Shown piece by piece: positions 1 to 11,984 of a stretch of DNA of 64,000 bases (position 1 is the stretch's first letter; each line of letters begins with the position of its first letter). This DNA comes from Rebecca billardiae RCC1528. Taxonomy: Eukaryota; Protista; Haptophyta. The stretch spans positions 3,658,001 through 3,722,000 of the forward strand of contig OZ251223.1 of NCBI GenBank assembly GCA_965240325.2, in the 5' to 3' direction. The notes beneath the pieces are model-generated. The model was not told the DNA's origin and ran no database searches. It saw only the letters and a program-made list of their open reading frames with translations. The translations under genes and the position numbers were made by a program.

Positions 1-500
1 GCGCGCGCCGTCGACGCATCGCGAGGCGAGCGCGCTGCGGACACGCGGCTGTGGGTGCCTGGCGCGCGTCGACCTGCCGATGCCGGTCGCGCACTGCGCA
101 TCTCTGCTGAGCCGTGGCACGTTGGCGGGTGGTCAGCGGCGGGCAGCGGCAGCCATCCCGGGCGCGAAACGGCAAGGCCAAGCGAGCAGAGCGAACGGCC
201 GTCACTCTGTACTGCAAGCGCCACGCGCACTCCGTGCATCACTGATCACTGATGGCGCGCGATACATGCAGACAGCACGTCTGTCACGATGGACGAGTGT
301 GGCTGCCGCCAATGGGGTCCTACTCGCAGTACCGTACGGGCGGCAGCTGACGGCACTCCCGCTGCCACGGCGCGCCCACGCCGACCGACCTCCTCCTCGG
401 GACCGGCGTCGCGGTCACGGCGGCGTGCAATGGTGCATTGCTACCCCGTAGTATGCTCATTGGTGTGGAAGCACAGATCGCGCCCCGAGCGTCACGCGCG

Positions 501-1901
501 TCACTCGGGATTCGAGTCGCGGCAGCGGGCCGGGCCGGCATCCGGGTCGACGGCGGCCGTGGGCACCGGGCGGGTGGCAAAGTCGGTCGGCGTGGCCATG
601 GTGCGCGCGCGCCTGCGCGCGTCGTGCGCCTCGTTCTGCATCACCGAGCCGTGCAGGATGTCGCAGTACTGCCACAGTGGCAGCGAGTCGAACGGCTGCT
701 CGATGCGCGAGCCGATGTCCTCGATCCCGAGCATGAAGAAGCTGAGCACGAGCGCGACCGGCGTCGTGCCCGCCGGCCCGACAATCGGGTAAAGGCACGC
801 GGGCAGCATGGTGCACCAGAGCAGCAGGAAGCGGGAGAGGTGGTGCGTGTACGGCGTGTAGATCGGCGTGCGCACGATCCGCTCGCACCCGCCCAGCACG
901 TGGCTCAGCGCGAGCAGCCGCTCGTCCAGCGTGGCGCACGTGATCCGGTCGACCACGCCGGAGTCACGCATGCGGCCAACGAGCGAGCCCAGCTCGTGCA
1001 GCACGTGCAGCGGCCGGCCGTTGGGCGGGCACTCGATGAGCTCGCGCACGAACTCCTCGCCCGCGTCCGCCTCGCCCAGCCCGTCCGCCCACAGCAGCCG
1101 CACCTCGTCCCTCAGCGCGCCGTCGATGTCCCTCCGCACCTCTGCGGCCGTGCGGCCCTCGTACACGATGTGCTGATTGCCGCCGTCGGGCGTCACCTGG
1201 TACTTGAGGGTGAGGGCGAAGGAGGAGAGCAGGCGGATGGCGCGCGCGCGCTCGCGGCGCAGCGCCGGCGTGTCTGGCGGGATCGACACGAGGAAGCGGC
1301 TCGACAGGTCGCGGCAGAGGTTGAGCTGCGCGCCCCACAGCTGGCGCGCCTCGACGTACCGGCCGTGGCACGACTGCATGCGGAAGGTGACGAGCAGGCC
1401 GAGCGCGAAGCCGGAGAGCGAGAAGGGCTCGGTGGGCAGCGTGACCATGTCCGGGTGGAGCAGCAGGTCCCAGCCCGGCTGCTCCACGTACTGCGCCTTC
1501 GGGTCCTGCCCGAACTTGACGTTGTGCCAGACGAGCGCCTGCGAGCACGCCGCGATCAGGACGAGGTCGGGCATCAGCAGCCGGCGGAGGGTCTGCGAGA
1601 CGAGCAGCCCGGGGCCCCAGAGGCTGAGGTGCCGCGAGGCGCGCTCGTGCACGGTCCACTCGCCGAAGCTGTAGTTCACGTCAATCGGCACGCCACGCCA
1701 GTAGCGGCCGATGACCCGGCTGAAGAAGGATTCGCCGTCCAGGCCGGCGCGGCCGATGAAGCGCGAGCCGTCCGCGTTCACCTTCGGGCGGCGCGCGAGA
1801 ACCACCTCGCGCGACACCTTCTGCGACAGCCCACGGTGCGCGACACCGCCGAGCGGCCGCCATGCCACCGCGCGCGCCGCCGACGAGCCCAGCAGGCGCA
1901 T
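501..1901 (-). CDS. Bestrophin-family (UPF0187/YneE/VCCN-like) anion channel
   Basis: Single long ORF with first ATG at 1901. Motifs LGLLVTFRxxxxxxRYxEARxLWG, GGCERIVRTPI..Y..HLSRFLLLW and GIEDIGSRIEQPF are typical of the family. Confidence 0.85.
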   Translation of the reverse strand: MRLLGSSAARAVAWRPLGGVAHRGLSQKVSREVVLARRPKVNADGSRFIGRAGLDGESFFSRVIGRYWRGVPIDVNYSFGEWTVHERASRHLSLWGPGLLVSQTLRRLLMPDLVLIAACSQALVWHNVKFGQDPKAQYVEQPGWDLLLHPDMVTLPTEPFSLSGFALGLLVTFRMQSCHGRYVEARQLWGAQLNLCRDLSSRFLVSIPPDTPALRRERARAIRLLSSFALTLKYQVTPDGGNQHIVYEGRTAAEVRRDIDGALRDEVRLLWADGLGEADAGEEFVRELIECPPNGRPLHVLHELGSLVGRMRDSGVVDRITCATLDERLLALSHVLGGCERIVRTPIYTPYTHHLSRFLLLWCTMLPACLYPIVGPAGTTPVALVLSFFMLGIEDIGSRIEQPFDSLPLWQYCDILHGSVMQNEAHDARRRARTMATPTDFATRPVPTAAVDPDAGPARCRDSNPE

Positions 1902-2316
1902 TCGTGAATGCGCGAGGCGCCGGCTTCTCCTGTCGCGCAATGGCGGCGGTCTAGGTCGCGGGAGGAATCGTCTGCTTGCCGATCAGCATCATCTTATTAG
2001 CTGGAGGCATCATCGACTGTCAAATCGTACAGTGTAGTCTGGACGAGGTGCATCAATAATCTAACCTTGGCTGACGACAACCGCCCGCCCGTTGCTGAGC
2101 CGCGTCTTGCCGTCTTGGGCCGTACGTAAACTGCGGGGGCCTGGCGGCCTTGTCCCCGTAGGGCTGGTTGAACGCAGCGCCGGCAGGCCCGTCGACTCTC
2201 GATGAAAGTGCGAAATAGACTGAGCCGTTCAGCGCTGGTAAGGAAGACTACCAGCAGTCACTGATCTGGTGAGCGGCGCCGCAGCGCCCGCCGACGCGCG
2301 CGGCGTAGCAGCGCAT

Positions 2317-2806
2317 GCATCGATGCAGCTGTCGCTGCGCCCAGCCTCGGACACGACGTGGTACGAGCGGATCGCGTTGGTGTGACATCAGTTGTGTTGT
2401 GTGGCAGCTCGGCTCTTGCCAGTGGAGACGCCGCGGCGCGGGTGGCGACTCGGCTGCGCGTGTTGATGACGATTCAGTGCGCGTTGGGAGTATGAATCTG
2501 CCAGCGGGTGGCTTATGCCTATGATGGTATGAGCGTCTCATGCGTGTGCACTCAGTGTGCGGCGTCGCCCATGAGGCTGTTCGTGCACGTTGAGGTGCGC
2601 GCCGCGGCGCGCGCGCGGCGCGGCAGCTGGCACGCACCGCGGAAGGCCCACCCGGGTGTGCGGGCGCGCGGCCAGCCGCGCAGCGCACGACCTGAACGCA
2701 TCGATGCAGCTGTCGCGCCGCGCCCGGCCTCGGACACGGCATGGTAGCTTACGAGCGGCTCGTGTACAGTCAATCGGTGTGACACTGTTGTGCTGTGAGG
2801 CACAGC
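2317..2806 (+). repeat. Diverged ~95-110 bp direct repeat pair (2317-2410 and 2698-2806)
   Basis: Shared blocks gcatcgatgcagctgtcgc, gcctcggacacg, tacgagcgg and ggtgtgaca..gttgtg occur in the same order. Confidence 0.6.
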
Positions 2807-3033
2807 GCATCGGGCGCCGGCTCGGAGATCGGTTCATCGCCGCGCACGTGTGTGCGAGCCGTGCCGGCGGCGTCGTCGAGCCACGTCGGCTGAGCGCCAT
2901 TCGGCAGTCGCGCCGAACGAGTGCACCCCACGCCCTTGGTTTGGGAGTATATAAATTCCCCTTTATAATAACGGGCTCCGGGTGATCAGACTGGCGGCCG
3001 AAGCCTCCAGCCCTACCCTGGCCAGCCCCCAAC

Positions 3034-4142
3034 CAAGGGAGTCAAGGGTGCCCGCGCCCCAGTGGCGCGCTCGGCGGATGTTGGGATACACCTTTTTGCC
3101 CGCGGCCCTGCGGCGGCGGCGGCGGTGGCGTGCTCCGCTGGCGGGGCGAGCGCACGGGGCACGGCGCTGCGGGCGCGGATGTGCCCGCGAAGCCGGCGCG
3201 TGCGGACGGGCTGTTGCGGGAGAGTATCAGGCGCCCTCCTGCGACGCGCGACTTGCGCCACGCCTCTTTCGCCTCGGCTCAGAGCAGCGCGCACGCACGC
3301 GCCGCCTCAAGGCCAGCCTTGCCGCGCCGCAGCCGACCGCGCGCGCGCCGTGCGCGGCGTGGTCGGGAAGGAACGGGCGCTGCTGCCGGGCGAGATGGCG
3401 ACATCATGGGCGCACGCCATGCCGCCCCGCGGCGCCGCGAAAGAGCACGAGAACGGATCCGCACAGCTGTTGACGAGTGCTGATTTCTTGCCGTGCCTGA
3501 AGCCAGACCTGAGCTCGAAGAAGATGATGAAAGAGCATCAGCGCGAGGAAAGCGTCGCACCCAGCACTTCTACATGACCACGCGGTGATGAACATTCATG
3601 TAAGAGTAGCCCGCGTGCCCGTCTGGCACTGTTCTGTGTCTCAATGATCGTCCCGACAACGGTCACGACCGCGAGGCAGTGCACACCATTTGTGACAAGT
3701 CGAAAAGGCGTGCAAACGGACCGACGACACTCTCGTCAAGGCGTGGCGGGGCGGCATGGCGTGCGCCTATGATGTCGCCATCTCGCCCGGCAGCAGCGCC
3801 CGTTCCTTCCCGACCACGCCGCGCACGGCGCGCGCGCGGTCGGCTGCGGCGCGGCAAGGCTGGCCTTGAGGCGGCGCGTGCGTGCGCGCTGCTCTGAGCC
3901 GAGGCGAAAGAGGCGTGGCGCAAGTCGCGCGTCGCAGGAGGGCGCCAGATGCTCTCCCGCAACAGCCCGTCCGCACGCGCCGGCTTCGCGGGCACATCCG
4001 CGCCCGCAGCGCCGTGCCCCGTGCGCTCGCCCCGCCAGCGGAGCACGCCACCGCCGCCGCCGCCGCAGGGCCGCGGGCAAAAAGGTGTATCCCAACATCC
4101 GCCGAGCGCGCCACTGGGGCGCGGGCACCCTTGACTCCCTTG
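3034..4142. mobile_element. Non-autonomous foldback/TIR DNA transposon with 397-bp TIRs and 7-bp TSD (P- or hAT-like termini)
   Basis: 3034-3430 is a near-perfect inverse of 3746-4142. Termini are CAAGG...CCTTG. CCCCAAC lies directly on both sides (3027-3033 and 4143-4149). Confidence 0.85.
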
Positions 4143-4341
4143 CCCCAACCAACCACCACCCTCACCCAACCTCAAACCACTGACCGATACACCAAGTGCC
4201 TGTCATAGAAAAATAAGCGTCAATAATCGCGGTTCGACCCTCATCATTTGTTCAGTGTAGCTGACTTCAACAGCTACTTTAGAATTCGTCTTAGGCATTA
4301 TAATCATTCGTAGTAAGCTGGTAGTGGCAGGTTCAGGTGCC

Positions 4342-6512
4342 ATGTCTGGCTGCGTGGGCTGCCTGCGTCTGCCGGGGGAGCAGCCGCTGGTCGAGGAGGG
4401 CCGCGTGCGCAGCGACAGCGCACGCATCGAGCAGCAGCAGCCGACGCAGCCTGGGCATTCGGCGCGCGGCTTGGGGTCCATCGACGTGACGGCTGCCATC
4501 TCCGCGGGCAAGGTGTACGCGTGGCGTGTCGTGAGCTCGCACGAGGTGGTGGCAGAGCACGGCAAGATCTTCCAGATCGAGAGGACGAAGGAGAAGGAGA
4601 CTGGTTCGAGCCTTGCGGACGCCTTCATCTTGGCGAGGGACCGCCTGACGGGGACGAACGACCCCTCCGACGAAGGCGCTGTCGACGACACGAAGTTGCG
4701 GAGCACCAAGACGGTCGGCGGCGGCCTGACCAAAGGCGAGGCACGAGAGCTCTTCGGCAAGTCGCACCCGGGTGCCGTGCTTGGCTGTTACGCCTTCATC
4801 TCTCACTCGTAAGCGCCGATGTCCCATGCGCGTCGCAAGCCATGCCTCGTCTCTCACCCGCACCCATCCCCTGTGCTGCTCGCCTCATGCGTGCGTCCTC
4901 ACGTGACATACATGCGTTGCGTCGTCGTCATCATCAGGTGGTCGGCGTCGCGGGCTCTGAAGACTCTCGCCATCAACTTTGCCTTCAATGGCACCGCTGC
5001 TCTCATAGCCGCACTGCTTGTGGCGCTGGTCGCCTTGGCGCTCATGTTGACATGGCGGGTGAAGCATGGTGCGATGCTCCCCCCACAGGCCTACCTCTTG
5101 GTCGCGGTGCCGCCACTCCTCGCGTACGTCTATGTCCTCCTACATGGGCAGAGGCTGCTACCATGGATCAGGCGCTTCGTCTTCCTCGAGTACGCCGGGC
5201 CCCTGCGCGCGCGATGCCTCGCGCGAGCCGCACGCGTGCAGATCGGTCGAGTAAACGATTTGCCTGCCTCCTCTCACGTCTGACTAGTGACTACTGACTT
5301 CTGTTTGCTGTCGCGCGCGCACACGTGCCTACCCGGGCCGATGCTGGCTATCGGTGTTGTTGCTGTGGCCCCACGCTGCCGCCCCGCCCCGCACTACAGC
5401 CGGCTCTGCGTGCACCAGGCCAACGATAGCCTCAAGCAGGCAGGTATTCAGACACTCGGCGACGTGGTTCTTGCGTCGCAAAACCTTCTCGTGCTGCTCT
5501 CCACTGACTACCTCGAGCGCTTGTGGTGAGTGCCGCACGAATGCGCGCTCGCGCGCGCGATGACGGATATGAGCACATGCCGCTAGTCCGCCAGCAGCCC
5601 GCCAGCAGGCGGTTCGCCCGTTCACGCGCGTTGAGCGCCGTGCCCCACAGGTGCATCTTTGAGCTCGCGACTTTCACCGCATCGCACGACGAGGACGCAA
5701 TCGTGGCTGTGCCGCTGTGGCTTCCGCCCATTCTGTTCGCGTTTTCGAGCGTCTTCGCTTCTTCTGGCATCGCATGGTACGTGTTCGGCCCCGTGACTCT
5801 CGCCTACGTCTCCTTGTGGTTGTGTTGGCTGGGGCCAGTGTGGGGTCAAGTCGCTGTCTGGACGACTGGATTTCTGATGCACGCAAGCTTGATATCGTAC
5901 GCGCTGCTCAAGAAGGTCTCGTACCATCTCGAGCTCGACGAGCGGCTCGCACACTTCTCGCTGGCTGATGCCAAGGTGACAGTGGAGTCAGACAGGGCGA
6001 TCGTCATGCACGAGATCACACAGCTGCATGGCTCCCCCGAAAACTTCGAAGACCTCGTGCGCAACAGGATGCGGCAGAAACTGCGCAAGGCTCTCGGGCC
6101 GCCTGGGCGCATGCTGTATTCTCATACAATGCTCATTGCCACGCCCATCGCGACCTGGGCACTCAAGGACGCCACCGCCGTCGAGGAACAGCAGGAATTG
6201 GAGATTGTGGGCTGCCGCGCCTCGGACGGGACCCCGTACGGACAGGTGGAGCGCACGCTGGCCGGCCTTTGGTTCTACGGCGCGATGGCCTTCATCTGCA
6301 TCCCCATTGCCTTCACTGTGTGCGGCTCTGTCGCAGAGCTCTTGCTGCGCAAGCACTACGAGGCGCCCAGCAAGCTGCGTTTCAGGGTGTGCTGGCTTTG
6401 CTGCGTGATGTCTTTTGCCATGACCTCTGGCTCCAGCTTCTTGCTCGTCTTATTGCTGCAACACCACGTCCTATTTCGAACTGGCCCATGTCACGCCGCA
6501 GCTGACAGATAA
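4342..6512 (+). CDS. Multi-pass membrane protein with TIR-like domain; join(4342..4808,4938..5189,5400..5525,5651..6512), ~568 aa
   Basis: Three GT-AG introns keep frame (1707 nt) and restore the motifs AFISHSW, FLDRLCVHQ and LLVLLSTDYLERLWCIFEL. Several hydrophobic segments are present. Confidence 0.75.
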
Positions 6513-7865
6513 CGCCGCCGTCCTTGCGGTTGGGGGATCGGTCCAGATGGTGGCGCCCACTTTGCCGTCTGGCGTCTTTACTCTTTGGCAGTGGCTGGCC
6601 AGGGAGTGCGGCAGATCCGTGACCTCTGGACGGGGCATTGAGCGGCGGCGAGGTCGCCAAATCGCGTGACGTGGTCCGAGAGAAGGTTGTTGCTAGCCCT
6701 GATCATCTCGCTAGCTATGTCGGTCGATGATCGCCCCGCTGTTGACAGGCGCACACAAGCCAAACGTGTTCCGCAAGCTGCGGTTAGAGCCGACAGCCGT
6801 GTCGGGCGGTGTTAGACGGTCGGCGGTGCGACGGCGGTGACACTGCGACTACCGCGCAGTCCGAACCTTGCTCGTCAGACCTACGGCTTGCAGGCGGGTC
6901 AGGTGGAACACTACCAGGCATGCACCGTCGTAATGCATGCCAAAGAGGTCAGCAAGGCCGTGATAAGGGTGATGATCCTGGCCCCTACTTGCCCCATCCT
7001 TCCGTTCCCATGTGCAGCGTCACCGGCGCGCCGGTCGTACGGGGACGTGGACGTGGACGTGAGAGTGGTCATTTAGCCCCCCCCCCCCCCTGGCGTCCGG
7101 GAGGCCGTGACCAGTGTCGTCGCTGAGTCCGGGCGGCGTCGCCAAGCGGCGGCTGGAGGAGCGACGTTCAAATGCTCACGAAGCTGGCTCGCGGCGCTTG
7201 TGGCAGTGCCTAGCGTGCAAGAAGCTGCTACAAGTGGTGCCATAGCACTCAAGACCCGGCCGTCACGCATGGGGCTAGTCGTGTAGGCTAATCTGTGTTA
7301 TGGGCGACCAGAAAAGCACCTCGATCAGTGATCCGTGACTCTGGAAATGTCGTGCGGCACACACCGTTTGAAACGCGAGAGCGCGGCGCGTGCCTAACGT
7401 GACCTCTTTCAGGCGGCGTGCGGGGTCGGAAGTCCAGCGCGCGTGTACGTATACATTGTGCATACATACCCCCACCTCCCCGAGCCATCTCATCGCGCCC
7501 AGGCTCCCCACATGTCGAGTCGGCTGGCAGGAAGTGACCGCTCGGCACAAGCTCAAGCCCGCAAGTGGTTGCGCGCGCCAACCACAAGGGCGACGAGCGA
7601 GGAGAGACATCAGCGGGGTGCTTTGTCGACGTTCCCCTACGTCTTGGGGCCCGCCCCGCCCAACATGCCGCCACGGAACGCCCCGCAATCGACCGCTAGG
7701 ACGCTCGGCGAGCACGCACCCACCGCTTGCCACGGCAGCCGTCCCCGAGCCAGGGGTGTACAGTAGGGACGTTTGCACTCTCGGCACCGGGTCAGCTACT
7801 CAGCTTCGTAGGCCGGCTCATCACGCCGATCACTTGTGAAGCGCCGCCCGCGGCCGACGAGGAGA

Positions 7866-9245
7866 ATGGACGAATGGTCGGACGAATGGTCGGACGACGA
7901 CGGCTCTGACACCCTTGGCTCTGAGCTCGACGACGCTGCCGACCCAAGAGTAATCGCCGAGCCGGCTCCGAACAACTCCCGCCGCGCCGGTCCCGCCATC
8001 ACGTGGAAGTCGATTGTTGTCGAGGAGCCACCGACCCGCGCGCCGCCAGCTCTGCCACCGCCACGCGAGCCCCTTCGGGTGGACCTCTCCGATCTGCTCG
8101 CGCGGGCTGAGGAGCTCCACGCAGACGCATCCATCCCGCACGCCGGCCCGCGCGGTGTCCCCCTGCGCGTGCATCGCTGCATCATCAGCCGCGACGAGGA
8201 GCTGATTGCGCGCGTCGATGCTGGCGATCAAGGCTGCACGACTCAGGAGGGCGCGGGGCCGGGGCTGCGCGTACGCGCTCTGTACGGCGGGGACGAGTCG
8301 GAATGGGAGGCTACGCGCGAGCACATGCTCAGCCTCGCACGCGCCCTCGGCGAGCCCAGCGCACACTCCGATGTCCAGCTCGCCTTGGACCCGGCAGCGG
8401 CCGAGGGACCGGACGGCGCCGCGCGGTACTACGCGCACAAGTGCGTGCTGGCGTGGCGCAGCGAGTGGTTCCGCGCCGCGATCGACCACGCCGCGCGCGC
8501 CGGCGCCGGCCTCCAGCCGCTGATCCAGCTGCCCGCCGAGTGCACGCGCGCGCTCACGCCGCCGCTGCTTGCCTACCTCTACGGCGCCGAGCACGAGGTC
8601 GAGCGCGAGGCGCTGCTCACGCCCGAGCTGGTCGTGCCGTGCGCGCGCGCGGCGAACGTGCTGCTGCTCGCCGAGCTCAAGCGCCACGCGGTGCAGCTCA
8701 TGCGGGCCTCGATCGACGACGCGAACGCGCCCTCGCTGCTGCAGGAGGCGAGCGTCCTCGCCGAGCCCTCGCTGCAGCGCGCGTGCGTCGAGCACATGGT
8801 CGCGCGGCTGGACGCGGTGAGCTCGGGCGAGTACTTCGGCGAGCTGCCGCAGAGCACGCGCGAGATGCTGGCCAAGCTGCGCCACGCGTCGAGGTGCAAC
8901 CCGCTCTGCCGCGGCGCGCGGCTGGGCGACGCGCGCGAGCTGCTCGCCATGCTGCGCGAGTCACTCGATGCGCAGCGCGCCGTGCACGAGCAGGCGGTGC
9001 AGCGGCAGCGCGAGGAGGTGCACGCAGCGAGCGCGCAGTGCGAGCAGATGAGCTCGAGCTGGTGGTCGTGGGCCGAGCCCCGGCACGACGCGCCCAAGGC
9101 GCGCTGGGAGCGCATCCGCGAGGTCGACGAGCGGATCGCCCGGCAGGGCGCGCAGATCGACGCGCTCCGCCACTTCATCCGCGCGCAGGAGGATGCCCTC
9201 GCAGACTACTCGCTCCACTCGACGCGACAGCCGTCTCATCACTGA
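7866..9245 (+). CDS. BTB/POZ domain protein with C-terminal coiled coil
   Basis: Long ORF. SDVQL...YYAHKCVLAWRSEWFRAAI...LLAYLYG matches BTB, followed by BACK-like helices. Confidence 0.8.
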   Translation: MDEWSDEWSDDDGSDTLGSELDDAADPRVIAEPAPNNSRRAGPAITWKSIVVEEPPTRAPPALPPPREPLRVDLSDLLARAEELHADASIPHAGPRGVPLRVHRCIISRDEELIARVDAGDQGCTTQEGAGPGLRVRALYGGDESEWEATREHMLSLARALGEPSAHSDVQLALDPAAAEGPDGAARYYAHKCVLAWRSEWFRAAIDHAARAGAGLQPLIQLPAECTRALTPPLLAYLYGAEHEVEREALLTPELVVPCARAANVLLLAELKRHAVQLMRASIDDANAPSLLQEASVLAEPSLQRACVEHMVARLDAVSSGEYFGELPQSTREMLAKLRHASRCNPLCRGARLGDARELLAMLRESLDAQRAVHEQAVQRQREEVHAASAQCEQMSSSWWSWAEPRHDAPKARWERIREVDERIARQGAQIDALRHFIRAQEDALADYSLHSTRQPSHH

Positions 9246-9589
9246 TTGTCAGATCAGCGGCGGGCGCCATGCCCATGACTACATAGTTTCCTAAGCTGCA
9301 TCTAGCGACGACATATCAGGCTTCAGCAGCGCAGCCGAATTGCGTAGTAATCATCAGCTTCACTAATCACTATGCTCGGGGTCACTCACACTATGACTGC
9401 TGCTGATCATGATGCTATTCAGAGTATTGATATATCGCGACGCCAATGGCAATGGCGGGCGCGGCCAATGCGACGGCATATCATCCGCAATGCGACGAGA
9501 GTGACACCACTGGGTAGCTAGCTAGCCTGCGCTCATCATGCTGACATGCAGCGCTGCCGCTGAGCTCGGTATAAGCTCGGATACCTTAC

Positions 9590-10567
9590 TCATCCGTCAT
9601 CGGCAAAGTTCATCCAGGCGGGCTTGTCGCGGCTGAGCACATGCATGCCTCGCCTGCAGCACTCGTTGGCGATGCCGTCGAGGTGCGCGGCGCCGCAGAT
9701 CACGAGCACCGCACCACCCGTCACGCCCCCCTCGCCGGCATCCCGCTCCGCCTGCGCGCTGCTGACGCCCGGCACAGCTGCACATAGCTCCAAGACCGCC
9801 GCGGCCATGTGCGCATCGCGCTTGCGCACCGTCGCCTCGAACCATTCTGGTGCGTGGCGCCGCCTGGTCACGAGCACGTCTTCCAGCGTGAGCGTGCCCC
9901 AGCGCGCGAAGAAGCGCGCGCGCAGCTCCAGCTCGGTCCCAACGTACGCCAGCGCCTCCCGCCAGTGCAGCAGCCCCTTGGGCGCTTCAGCCGCGGCGCC
10001 CGGAGAGCGTTGGCCTGGGGGCATGTCGATGCAGCGCACCGGTACGCCGGCGCGTTCCGCGGCCTCGGCCGCTTCGGCCATCTCGCGCGAGTACAGCTTG
10101 CCGCGGTACAGCCACTTCAGCAGGTCGACAGGCAACACGACTTGCTCGGGTGAGGTGAGCGAGTGCTCCTCGCCGCCCGCTGCGTGTCGGCGCGCGCGCT
10201 CCTCATCAAACAGGACGGAGCGCAGCGTGGCAGCGCCGTCATGGCGGAGGGTGAAGGGGTCCATGTCGCGCACGGCCGCGTACGCGACCCGTATGCGTCG
10301 CAGTGTATCGACGTCTGTCTCCAGTGCGACAGCATCCCACTGGCGCGCCTCGACGGCGCGGCGGGCTTCGCGGGCGGAATCGTCTGACGTGTGCGCGACG
10401 CCGAGGACCGTCACCGTGGCGTCGCCTCGCGGGGAGGAGAGCGACAGGCATCGCTGCTCGGGTAGGCTAGGCTCTGGCAGCGGCCAAAGGAACACGAACC
10501 CGCTCGCCGCCGTCGCGGCGACCGACCCGGCGACGTTGCGGATGAGGCGGAAGTGCTGCGCCGCCAT
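9590..10567 (-). CDS. TraB/PrgY-family domain protein
   Basis: Motifs VLGVAH, DAVALE, EMAEA..A...GVPVRCID, VRKRDAHMA and VICGAAHLDGI. ATG at 10567. Confidence 0.8.
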   Translation of the reverse strand: MAAQHFRLIRNVAGSVAATAASGFVFLWPLPEPSLPEQRCLSLSSPRGDATVTVLGVAHTSDDSAREARRAVEARQWDAVALETDVDTLRRIRVAYAAVRDMDPFTLRHDGAATLRSVLFDEERARRHAAGGEEHSLTSPEQVVLPVDLLKWLYRGKLYSREMAEAAEAAERAGVPVRCIDMPPGQRSPGAAAEAPKGLLHWREALAYVGTELELRARFFARWGTLTLEDVLVTRRRHAPEWFEATVRKRDAHMAAAVLELCAAVPGVSSAQAERDAGEGGVTGGAVLVICGAAHLDGIANECCRRGMHVLSRDKPAWMNFADDG

Positions 10568-11984
10568 CGTTGCCGTGTGGCGTCGCGTGGCGAGCGCGCC
10601 CACTCCGCCCAGGCTGTCCCGTCGAGGTACGATGGCGGCGCAGTCCGGAGGAGAGTACCAGACAGCTCACACGGGTGACGGGGTGACCCGTGGGGATCAA
10701 TCTAGCACACGGTGACACGCAGCACCGGCACGGCACGGTCCGACGGGCGAGCGCTCAACACGAGTCTCAAGGGCGTTGATGAGTGACGTTGACGGCCCGC
10801 TGACTAGTCAACTGAGGTCGTGGCAGCCGCAGTGCCAGTGCCAGTGGGCCACGTGACCGCATGCCGCAGTCCTGTGATGCCACTCCTTCTAAACTGGGAC
10901 TCTGAACCAGGCCGAGTAGTTAGTAATATCCGACTCAGCCGACAGGCAGTGACCCGAGTCCCGACTCACGGCAGCGCCGTCGCCAACTCTACCACAGTGG
11001 CTGAGGCTCCGTGTCCGCACAGTCAGACTCGTAGTCGTAAGTGAACTGGCACTCAGTTTACTCAGTCTCAGGCCGCCGACTGGCCGCCGCTGCTGATGAT
11101 GACAGACTGAGACAGCAGTGGCACCGCCGACTGGCCGGTGGGCCTGACAGGCTCGGGCGGCGCGGCGGGCCAGACCGCCGCCGCCGACCGCGCGGCGCCC
11201 AACGGCTCGGCGGGCCAACGCGGCCGACGCCGGGCCGCGGCGACGACGGACAAAGGTCAGTGGTCACTGATGGCGGGTTATTGAGCAGTCCGCAGGCGCG
11301 GCTCTGCACTTAGTTATTGAGACAGTCTGAGTGACACACTAGGCCGGACTGCCGCCGCCGGTCGGTCCGCCGACGAATGGCCGAGTCATGCGTGTCATCG
11401 ACATCGATCTCATTGTAATCGTCAGTCAGCAGTAGACTAGAGTGAGTAGAGATGACTCTCTAGCTTGATAATGTAGTAGTAGAACTTTGATGTAGTAAGC
11501 AGTATAGTTAGCAGTCGGGCCGTCGGAATGCCGGCCTGCCAGACTGCCAGTGCCTGTGCACGGCTGTGCCGCGCTGAGTGCTGCCTGGCGAGCCTCTCAC
11601 AGGCGGCGCCTGCGGCCTGAATCACTCCCTGAACTCGTCTGCTGGCCTCCGGCTCCGGCCCCGTCCGGCAGGATCAGGATGACGTTATTCGTCATGCATG
11701 ACTTCTAATGATGATGACTCGGATATGATACGTAACGACGACACTGAGTCTGCTGATGATGGGCTCCATCCTTGATGATGAGACCTTTCAAAAGACACTA
11801 GAATTTATTGTGTCTGTCGACAGGCGGGCCTCGGGCTCGGCAGCGGCAAAACGATGACCAGTGAGAGGCCACTGTGACTGATCCAGAAGGACTTGAAGGC
11901 CCATAGGCCAGAGCATCGTCGATGCCAAGAATGTCATAATGATTGTGCCGCTGAGCTCGAGCGAGCGCGCGACTCATCGAACCA

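Noticed and set aside
1-252. Possible 3' end of an upstream plus-strand gene
   Set aside because: Frame 1 is open to 252, but there is no recognisable motif and too little sequence to support a call.
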